DNA of 64,000 bases, taken from the NCBI GenBank assembly GCA_011364965.1, contig RDOB01000003.1, forward strand, positions 496,939-560,938. The letters run 5' to 3'. This document shows, piece after piece, positions 1-8,233 of this stretch (positions are counted from its first letter, which is position 1; every line of letters begins with the position of its first letter). This stretch comes from Candidatus Heimdallarchaeota archaeon. Its GTDB lineage: Archaea > Asgardarchaeota > Heimdallarchaeia > Hodarchaeales > Hodarchaeaceae. A program made the position numbers and the translations under genes. The notes beneath the pieces are model-generated. The model saw only the letters and a list, made by a program, of their open reading frames with translations, ran no database searches and was not told the origin of the DNA.

Positions 1-800
1 ATAATAACACCTCCCAAACCTGAAATCTGTTCAAGGTCTTGAATTGCCTTGAATGCAGCACTTGATAAAGATTCTTCTCTTTTCGCGTATTCTACTGCTT
101 TTTTTGTCAATAAAACCTTGATAATATCCTCTCCATAGCCCGTTGCGACCGCTCCGATATGAGCATCAATATATGCTCCAGCTCCCCAAATTGGTGTATC
201 CCCAACTCTTCCCACTCGCTTATAAGGAGTACCCCCTGTGGAAACGCCCGCAGCAATTTTTCCAGTAAGATCAATACACAAAGCTCCCACAGTTCCCATG
301 CCATTTGGTTTTCGATGAAATGTATCTTTAGGATGAAAATCCTTCTTCCCTTTAATCTGATAATATCGCTCTAATTCACGACCTATTAAAAGTGATTCAG
401 GAGATACTTCTTTGAAACCATGTTCTAAAGCAAATAAGTTAGCTCCCCTCCCCACTAAGATATGATGGTTAGTTTTTTCCATAACTAACCTGGCAAGCTG
501 AATCGGATTAGCAATGTTGGTAACTGCACAGACAGAGCCAAAATGAAAATCCTCAGTTGCAATAATTGCATCCATTTCTACTTCACCGATTTGGTTGACA
601 AATGATCCACGCCCCGCGTCAAACGTAGGATTATGTTCCATTAGACTAATTGCTGCTTCAACTGCATCTAAAGAAGATTTACCTTCCCTTAAGCTTTTAG
701 AAGCTGTATCACACGCTTCTTGAACGCCTTGAAGGTGATCTAGGACAGCATCATCAGGAATATCCCACGCTCCGCCATGAATAATGACACCATACTTCAA
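1..800 (-). CDS. Isoaspartyl peptidase / L-asparaginase (Ntn-hydrolase, asparaginase type 2), 3' end outside window
   Basis: Absent from the ORF track because it runs off the edge. Manual translation from TTG at 800: MKYGVIIHGGAWDIP...DAVEAAISLMEHNPTFDAGRGS...EVEMDA...GMGTVGA (Thr nucleophile)...STGG...GRVGDTPIWGAG...ATGYGE. Confidence 0.92.
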   Translation of the reverse strand, partial: MKYGVIIHGGAWDIPDDAVLDHLQGVQEACDTASKSLREGKSSLDAVEAAISLMEHNPTFDAGRGSFVNQIGEVEMDAIIATEDFHFGSVCAVTNIANPIQLARLVMEKTNHHILVGRGANLFALEHGFKEVSPESLLIGRELERYYQIKGKKDFHPKDTFHRKPNGMGTVGALCIDLTGKIAAGVSTGGTPYKRVGRVGDTPIWGAGAYIDAHIGAVATGYGEDIIKVLLTKKAVEYAKREESLSSAAFKAIQDLEQISGLGGVI

Positions 801-883
801 ATGATAGACCTCGGTTACGAAGATAAGATGAACTGGATTAATAAATAATTTGAACTCGTTTCAAAGTATTAAGCGAATTAATG

Positions 884-2065
884 CTACTTACTCAATACAT
901 TCAGCGACTTCTTTAAGGCCTGAGCTCCCTGTAATAGTGCATCATAAGATTCTAAGGTCACAAAACGCAGGTGATTTCTTGCGGGGGAAAAACCATAAGC
1001 TGAACCAGGGGTCACATAAATATGGTGAGTTTTCAACAAATATTTCGCAAGTATTTCATCATCAATATCATAAATAATTCTAGGGAACACGTATGTCCCT
1101 CCTTGAGCTGGAACCACTGAAATACCATCGATTGACTCGAGATGTTCTGTTAGAAATATCTGTTTTTTGTGTATGCTCTGGGTAAAATCTAATGTTGCCT
1201 CTTTCGATTCTCGTAATGCTAGTTTGGCGATTTCTTGGGCAATAGAAGTAACTCCAAGACGACCTTTACACAAGTGTTCCAATTGGAACCATATTTCAGG
1301 GTATTTTTCCAACGGATCATGCCATCCAAGATAACCCAAACGAAATCCTGGTAAACGATATACCTTACTAAAACCATTTAGATAAATCACAGGATTATCA
1401 TAAGCAAACTCTAGAGGGGACACAAATTTACCAAATGTCAAAGAATCGTATATTTCATCTGTGATAATAATCAGATTATGTTGGCCTGCGATATTAATTA
1501 GTTCTTTAAGTGTCTTTTCTGAATATACTGCACCAGTAGGACTATTTGGAGTGATAATTACTATAGCTTTTGTATCAGGATGCTTTTCAAGTGAAGTTAC
1601 TAATTGATCCATGTCAGGATTCCAATTTAACTGTTCATCACAGTCATAAAACCAGATCTTTGAGAATCTTCGAGCTTGAACAATTAAGGGTATATATGAA
1701 GGATCAGGAATGGCCAAGCTACCAGGATTCTTATAGAAAAGAGCATCGAATGTTAAAGGAAAACCTTCGGATACACCATAAGTCATAACTAATCTATTTG
1801 GAGGTATTTCAACATTAGAGATTCCCTGAATCCGTTGACTTAGTGCATGCCTTAATTCATCGTCTCCATTCCAGCTAGGATACCCTGAAAAATTGGAAAT
1901 TTGCAATTGATTAATTTGTTTTTGGATAGCTGCCTCTAATACATACCCATAGACGGGAGGGTCACAATTTGATAGGTGTAAAAAATTTGGAATCGATTGA
2001 GCAATTTTGTTTAGATCTGAAATAATACCCATGTAACTGAATCTTGAGAGGTCCTCATTTTTCAT
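884..2065 (-). CDS. PLP-dependent aminotransferase class I/II
   Basis: IITPNSPTGAVY, ITDEIYD, NGFSKVYRLPGFRLGY (PLP lysine), VTPGSAYG, LRF motifs. Confidence 0.92.
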   Translation of the reverse strand: MKNEDLSRFSYMGIISDLNKIAQSIPNFLHLSNCDPPVYGYVLEAAIQKQINQLQISNFSGYPSWNGDDELRHALSQRIQGISNVEIPPNRLVMTYGVSEGFPLTFDALFYKNPGSLAIPDPSYIPLIVQARRFSKIWFYDCDEQLNWNPDMDQLVTSLEKHPDTKAIVIITPNSPTGAVYSEKTLKELINIAGQHNLIIITDEIYDSLTFGKFVSPLEFAYDNPVIYLNGFSKVYRLPGFRLGYLGWHDPLEKYPEIWFQLEHLCKGRLGVTSIAQEIAKLALRESKEATLDFTQSIHKKQIFLTEHLESIDGISVVPAQGGTYVFPRIIYDIDDEILAKYLLKTHHIYVTPGSAYGFSPARNHLRFVTLESYDALLQGAQALKKSLNVLSK

Positions 2066-2187
2066 ATTTAATTGATAAGTTGAATTCAGATTAAGCGCCT
2101 CCTAAATATGATTTCTGGATATATATTTATTTTTAGAATTTTCGTCTCAGTCAATTAATCCGATTACATCAAATTCCCTGATTTATG

Positions 2188-3597
2188 CTATTCTTTGAGT
2201 AAAAAATGAATCACTTTTTCTTCTATTTTCTCTATGGTATTAAAATCAATATTTTTTTCGATATATTCTACCAATAGGCTAAGTTTTCCAGCACAGGTTA
2301 CCGCTCCTACAACTAAATTAACCATTACTAAAGGAAACATACCACCAGGATTCATGATCAAACGATCTAACTCTAATGTTCCATATTTTCGTGGAAAATC
2401 TAAGCGCGTGAGATTTGTCAGTGCTATTCCTAAAAAGGTCTTATCTAACGAACTCATTTTTTCTCTTTTAAGAATAGATGACACCATATCATCTTGGTTG
2501 CTGAATGTAGAGAATTTCTTATACCGTGGAGAGTTTGATGGGACAAATTTCCCTAATAGCTTATAACAAAGCGATTCTATAATACCTGGCTCAAGGTAAC
2601 TCCATGTTTCTAGCTCATTGAATAGATTCTTGTTATTATAAAGAGAATTCACCTTTTGATGAAGTTTTCGAGCATTATCCCAGAAATTCATTTTATTATT
2701 ATACTTTAACTTCACCTTAACCCCGCCAGCAAAATAACCCATAGCTTCCCCTGCTGGCTTTAGAATGCGATCTCTCACACTAGCAGCAATTACTACATAT
2801 GGATTAACAGTATTGCCTTCAAGATTATATTGAGCACCTAAAAATGCGGCAATTAAGGCTGAATTTACTGTTACGCGTTCCTTTCTACAACGCTCAACCA
2901 AAACGGAAGTTTGAGCTTCAGTTAGTTCTATAGAGAGAATTTGATGTTTATAGGTGTTCCAATATGCTTCACTCAGAATCATATAATCTTCCTGATCAAA
3001 GAATATAGGGGATTTTAACCAGTTTTTATTAAATCGGTTAATAAAATATTTACTAATAGGATTAACAGAAACTTCTTTCGGTATAGTATCCTTATCAATT
3101 GGGATTGGGTCAGGTAATACCTCTACTTCTCGTGTAGGATCTCCCAGATGAGTTATTAGATCTCTTGCAAGATAAGCTAGCGACATCCCATCACATATAA
3201 TATGATGGCATAAAATAATTAATTCAGATACTTCTGGAGAATAGATTAATATAAAACGAATAGCAGGACGCTCTTCAAAGTCAAAAGGAATTTTGCAGAC
3301 ATCATGAACTTTCTTCCTCCAATGTGCATCCGATTCGCGTCTTACGATTTCTATTGGAATTTCTTTAACTCCTTCTGATGTAAACCATAGGTTATGATCA
3401 TTATCCTCACAAATTCGAACCCTGAGGTTCAGGTGTCTCTGTTGGACTTTATTAATAGCTTCTCTGAACAAATTCTCGGAAATTACGCCTTTAATTCTAG
3501 CAACCATTGTGACAATAGCAAAAGGGGATCGATTAAACACACGTTCTAGAGGAGTTATTCTACGTTCGTATTTCTTAACTTTTAAAGTATCCTTCAT
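2188..3597 (-). CDS. Stand-alone condensation-domain / CoA-dependent acyltransferase (PapA5/alcohol acetyltransferase-like)
   Basis: HHIICDGMS matches the HHxxxDG catalytic motif; RHLNLRVRI, CRKERVTVNSAL and LTNLTRL segments are typical of this fold. Confidence 0.85.
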   Translation of the reverse strand: MKDTLKVKKYERRITPLERVFNRSPFAIVTMVARIKGVISENLFREAINKVQQRHLNLRVRICEDNDHNLWFTSEGVKEIPIEIVRRESDAHWRKKVHDVCKIPFDFEERPAIRFILIYSPEVSELIILCHHIICDGMSLAYLARDLITHLGDPTREVEVLPDPIPIDKDTIPKEVSVNPISKYFINRFNKNWLKSPIFFDQEDYMILSEAYWNTYKHQILSIELTEAQTSVLVERCRKERVTVNSALIAAFLGAQYNLEGNTVNPYVVIAASVRDRILKPAGEAMGYFAGGVKVKLKYNNKMNFWDNARKLHQKVNSLYNNKNLFNELETWSYLEPGIIESLCYKLLGKFVPSNSPRYKKFSTFSNQDDMVSSILKREKMSSLDKTFLGIALTNLTRLDFPRKYGTLELDRLIMNPGGMFPLVMVNLVVGAVTCAGKLSLLVEYIEKNIDFNTIEKIEEKVIHFLLKE

Positions 3598-3905
3598 TGG
3601 TTTTAAGACCTCTTTAAAGGTTGCATATGAAATGATAAAATAATCTGTAAAATTTGAAAGTCAATTTATATAAAGGAAAATAATATATAAATATTTTCAT
3701 AAAAAACCAAAAATTCAGAAAAACATTTAAACTTTTCATTTAAAGTATAATAATGAGATTTGCCACAATCAGAAATTAAACACAAGAATATGTAAAAATC
3801 AATTAGAATTTTGGAATCAATCAACACCACAGAAAATCTAAGGTTCAAGGATAAATACTATTCAAATCCAATTGAAGATTTCACAAATGGGGAAATAATT
3901 AGAAA

Positions 3906-5060
3906 ATGAAACCTGATCCTATTAAAAAGAATTTTATTAAATTAATGGATGAAATCCATACAGGATTATTATTTCCAAAGAATTATTTTGGTTGTATGAT
4001 GGCTGTATTCATTGAGCAAGAACCTACAACTCAAGATCGCATTAAAGAGTTAACAGGATATTCTAAAACAACAATTTCTCAAATGCTAAAACTAATACAG
4101 GTAAATTTCCCTCTAAAACAAATTAAAAAGATTGGAACAAGGAAAAAGTTCTATAAAATTGATATCAGTACCGAAGATTTTATGATTGTTTTTCTTACAA
4201 TGATTATTGATACATATAAGGATAAAATAGATTTTCTCATTCCATTGATAAAAGAAATAGACCCCTACACACACAACCACCCAAGATTTAACAATTTAAA
4301 GCAATTTTTAGAAGCATATTACAGATTTTCAACTCTTTTCATCAATCTTCTGGTTGATACAGCTGATGAATTTGGAGATATGATTAAAACAGGAAAAATT
4401 AAATCAACAGATCTCTCCAATATAGATATTCTAAATTCCCAAGAAGCTTTGAACTACATTCAAAATCTTTTAAATCCCCCAATACCACCTCAACACTTTT
4501 CGGAAAGGCCAATTATGGATAAAAAATTAGCTGAATTATATTCACAGTTCAAAAATAAATTCTTTCAGAAATTCCGAGAAAATTTAACAATAGCTAGGTC
4601 TCAAACGGAAGTCGCGAGAGTAATAATTGGAACAGAGATGCTCTTAGAGAAACGGCCTATTTCACAAGAAGAGATTAGAAAAGCTACTAATTTCCAAAGA
4701 AGTACCATATCCAATGCTTTGAAAATATTGTTAGAAAGGAAAATGATACTACTAATTAAACAGCCCCACATTAGAAAAAAGTACTATTTAATGGTTCAAT
4801 CATGGGACACTAGGACTATTAATAGATTTAAAATCAATATTAATTATGCTAATGAAATGAAAGAAAAAATTAGAAGTCTAATTGAAAATATTGAACCTGA
4901 AGATACAAATAGTGAGAAAGAAGTATTGAAGGAATTCCTAGAGCAGATTCATTATTCCTACGACCAGTTTGAACAATATTTCAAGCTTCTTGAAGTAAAA
5001 TATCTTAATAGTAGAGTTAAAGAATACATGGAGATGAATAAACTTAATTCTTCAAAGTAG
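3906..5060 (+). CDS. Tandem GbsR/MarR-like winged-helix transcriptional regulator
   Basis: Two HTH-wing repeats: EPTTQDRIKELTGYSKTTISQMLK...GTRKKFY and RPISQEEIRKATNFQRSTISNALK...HIRKKYY; divergent from the acyltransferase. Confidence 0.75.
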   Translation: MKPDPIKKNFIKLMDEIHTGLLFPKNYFGCMMAVFIEQEPTTQDRIKELTGYSKTTISQMLKLIQVNFPLKQIKKIGTRKKFYKIDISTEDFMIVFLTMIIDTYKDKIDFLIPLIKEIDPYTHNHPRFNNLKQFLEAYYRFSTLFINLLVDTADEFGDMIKTGKIKSTDLSNIDILNSQEALNYIQNLLNPPIPPQHFSERPIMDKKLAELYSQFKNKFFQKFRENLTIARSQTEVARVIIGTEMLLEKRPISQEEIRKATNFQRSTISNALKILLERKMILLIKQPHIRKKYYLMVQSWDTRTINRFKININYANEMKEKIRSLIENIEPEDTNSEKEVLKEFLEQIHYSYDQFEQYFKLLEVKYLNSRVKEYMEMNKLNSSK

Positions 5061-5374
5061 ATTTTTAGAACTTAGCATTACTTATAAGGAAAATGTAATC
5101 AAACTGAAATCAACACCCTTGTGTTAAAATCTATAAATAGAAGGGATTTTTCTAATAACCTTCTTTAAACACGAAATTAGAGTTCAGAAGTAGATACTTT
5201 GCTGTTAGAGGATATTACCTTGACTGCCTCGAAAAGTACTCGAAACGTTGGATTTCCAATAAGATATATTATATAAATTGATATTCTAAAAGTATAGGCG
5301 ATATTAAGATCATTTTATTGTAAACTTGCAATAGAAACGAGAAAACCTGATTTGAAGTTAAATTGTGAACTTTA

Positions 5375-6685
5375 ATGAATTCAACAAACCAAAGCGATGA
5401 TATAACAAATTACAAAATTCAACTAGAAACAATTTCATCTTTCAGCACACCAATAGAATGCTATGCATTAACGATCGGAAAAATCACCAAAGATATTCCT
5501 CAACTAGTATTGAGCTGTTATAAAGATAATTTGCTTGTAATGAACCCAGATGGGAATCTAGCGACGGAATTAGAATGGTCAACAAATTTTACATGTGTAA
5601 CAATTGGTAAACTAGCGAGTTCAAAGAATATCATCTCTGGAAGTCTCGATGGCACCGTTAGAGTTATGAATTCGCGGGGAGCTCTCATCTGGACGAAAGA
5701 TCTAGGTCTGAACGCTCCAATCAAAAATATAACAATAGGAAATATGAATGGGACTGAAAGTTCACAATTGCTAGTTGCAACTGGGGAAATCAACGTTGCT
5801 ATACTGCTAGATAAATCTGGAGAAATACTTTGGAAAAAACAAATGGAAAATCGTATTGTTGGGTCAGATATTGGAGTTATTCTCCCAAATGGAAACCCAA
5901 TGGCTTTAATTTTCGAAGCAAATGGCACTTTAAATTTAATTAATCTTGAGGGTGAAATTGTAGAGAGGTATAATTTCAATAATAAAGTTGCAAATGGTTT
6001 ACTAATGTCCTATGGGAATTTGAAATTTATAATTACTACCGAAAAGGAAAATATTTCATTCTGGAAAATAACAGATAAACTTAACCTACTCTTTTCTACT
6101 AAATGGAAGGGAAGGATTAGGAAAATCTATGCAAGCAAAATTTTTGATTCGGAAAATGATTGTTTAGCAATTATGACCAAGAATGGAGAAATTTCTATTT
6201 CAAGAGTCATAGTAACTCGTTATGACGAAGATAGGAAGGCTTTTAATGCAATTCAATACTTTGATCCTGGCGTAAGTCTAGAAAAATTACGATCAATCAT
6301 ATTAGACCTATTAAAGAGTTTTGGAGTGGCCGGTATCCCGATTAATAGAATTCATCAGTCCTATATTGAGAGAACGAAAAGTTTAGTAAGTTATCAGGAG
6401 TTCTACAAAGATCTACTTGCCATACAATCCAGTGGAAAACTTGGCGGACGTATTGACACTTCAGGAACCCCAGATACTGAATCTGATGATATATTGATAA
6501 TTAATACTGATAAGTTCTTTTGTATGGCCTGCAATGGTCAATATTCAGTGTTATCTCGTCACTCTCAATGCGACCAATGCTTAAGATTCCTCTGTGAAGA
6601 ATGCTACTCCGCTCGTGAGGCTGTTGGGTTTATCGAATGTCCTTATTGTCAAGCTTCAGCTTCTCACTTTCGTAAAATCACTTAA
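5375..6685 (+). CDS. Beta-propeller (WD40/FG-GAP-like) + winged helix + 8-Cys FYVE/RING-like zinc finger protein
   Basis: Propeller blades (IISGSLDGTVRVMNSRGALIW; LLDKSGEILW), a helical wHTH-like segment ending SGKLGGRID, and C-terminal CMAC-x12-CDQC-x4-CEEC-x11-CPYC. Confidence 0.7.
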   Translation: MNSTNQSDDITNYKIQLETISSFSTPIECYALTIGKITKDIPQLVLSCYKDNLLVMNPDGNLATELEWSTNFTCVTIGKLASSKNIISGSLDGTVRVMNSRGALIWTKDLGLNAPIKNITIGNMNGTESSQLLVATGEINVAILLDKSGEILWKKQMENRIVGSDIGVILPNGNPMALIFEANGTLNLINLEGEIVERYNFNNKVANGLLMSYGNLKFIITTEKENISFWKITDKLNLLFSTKWKGRIRKIYASKIFDSENDCLAIMTKNGEISISRVIVTRYDEDRKAFNAIQYFDPGVSLEKLRSIILDLLKSFGVAGIPINRIHQSYIERTKSLVSYQEFYKDLLAIQSSGKLGGRIDTSGTPDTESDDILIINTDKFFCMACNGQYSVLSRHSQCDQCLRFLCEECYSAREAVGFIECPYCQASASHFRKIT

Positions 6686-6734
6686 GGTTTAAATGGGGAA
6701 TTGGTCTCTAATTATTTAGAGACCTACCCTTAAT

Positions 6735-8222
6735 TTAATCTTCCCAGAATGAATCATCTAACTTTGAAGATTCTTTCTTGGCATCTTCCTGAAGAACATT
6801 CAACATACTCTTAAAGGCACGTGTTAAATCTCCCACTTCATCATCCTTATTTTCAAGTTCACTGTCGATTTGTAAATCTAAATCGGATAAGAGATCTTCC
6901 CGTATTGTATCGGTCGCCATTTTAGAAGCTATTGTAGTTAAGTGGTTGATAGGTTCAATAATCCTAGCAGACAACCATGTACCAATACTGAGTGAAAGAA
7001 AGGCAGCAAAACCTATAGTTATAATTACTTGAATTATAGTAGTCAAGGTTGCAGCCTGAATTCGGCTTTGAAGAGGAGAAACTGAAGCTAGAGCTTCTTC
7101 CTCTGGTACAATTATCAAACAAATGTAATCCCCTTTTCCAACTGAATTGAAGGCGAGATAAAATGTTTTCCCATTTCGAGTGTATTCTATGACTCCCGAG
7201 GAATCTCCAGAGGTTATTACGGTAATTTGATATTCTGTAATTGCTGGTTGACCGTTAATATTGACTTCAACCTCATCAAGAGTTGGTAAATCATCGTTAG
7301 GATTTACCGCGGTCCATTCTGGATGCGCGATAACCGTTCCAGATTGTTGAATTAACACAGCATATCCTGTATCTAGTATCTGAATGTTAATGATCTTTTC
7401 CTTGATACTTTCAATTGTGATATCTGCAAAGATACATCCCAACAAGACACTAGTAGATGGATGGTATATGGCCTTTCCTATAGTAATTAGTAATGCTCCA
7501 TCTATAGGATCGAAATAAGGTGCAGTAAAGACGATATCTCCATTTCCTTGTCTTACTTCTGAATACCAATCCTCTTGAGTAGCGTAAAAAGGGTCTGATA
7601 CTCGTTCCTGATCAGTTCCTCCTACCACACTCCCAGGATAATTTATAAAGAGATCAGATGTCTCAAAAGCGATGTATAGCCAACGGATTTCTGGAGCATT
7701 CAAATGGATGCTCTGAAAGATGTAATCCATATGAGCCATTCGTTGGATTGTATCATTTAAACTGGGATCAGCCTCAAGGAGAGTAAGATAGTTGGAAGAA
7801 TCAGATCCTGGAAAATAATAACTAGCGTAACTCCAAGAAAGATACACATCATAAAGTGAGTCCAAATAGGTGTCATTAGGATAGAGTTCTAATCCTCGAT
7901 CATATTCAAAGAAATAGTCGTAAAATACGGTTCTGTTTGTGTACCGAGAATCCAGGTGGAATAGATTCTCACATTCTTCAGCCATAGCGTTAACATAAGC
8001 CTCTGCACTACTTAATTTTTGGTTTACAATGAGAGAATTTTGGATTGCTGTTTGTTCAATATTCTCTTGAATTTGGGTACTCAATGCATCAGTGCTCATA
8101 GAGGTTGTTGTTTGGCCTACAAATCCTACAAATAAGGTACTGATTGAACCAATCAATATTAAAGAAACGAGACTGAAAATAACAAAACTAATGATTATAT
8201 TTTGTTTTATACTTCTTGCCAT
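6735..8222 (-). CDS. Membrane sensor TM-dCache_1-TM-HAMP with no output domain
   Basis: N-terminal TM, Cache motifs (EDWY, FTAPYFD, ADIT, GYAVLIQQSGTVIAHP), second TM, HAMP (IIEPINHLT...DEVGDLTRAFKSML), then about 20 residues and a stop. GGAGG RBS. Confidence 0.88.
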   Translation of the reverse strand: MARSIKQNIIISFVIFSLVSLILIGSISTLFVGFVGQTTTSMSTDALSTQIQENIEQTAIQNSLIVNQKLSSAEAYVNAMAEECENLFHLDSRYTNRTVFYDYFFEYDRGLELYPNDTYLDSLYDVYLSWSYASYYFPGSDSSNYLTLLEADPSLNDTIQRMAHMDYIFQSIHLNAPEIRWLYIAFETSDLFINYPGSVVGGTDQERVSDPFYATQEDWYSEVRQGNGDIVFTAPYFDPIDGALLITIGKAIYHPSTSVLLGCIFADITIESIKEKIINIQILDTGYAVLIQQSGTVIAHPEWTAVNPNDDLPTLDEVEVNINGQPAITEYQITVITSGDSSGVIEYTRNGKTFYLAFNSVGKGDYICLIIVPEEEALASVSPLQSRIQAATLTTIIQVIITIGFAAFLSLSIGTWLSARIIEPINHLTTIASKMATDTIREDLLSDLDLQIDSELENKDDEVGDLTRAFKSMLNVLQEDAKKESSKLDDSFWED

Positions 8223-8233
8223 CTTAATTCCTC

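Noticed and set aside
107-374. ORF-track ORFs 107-304 and 159-374
   Set aside because: Shadows of the asparaginase gene in other frames.
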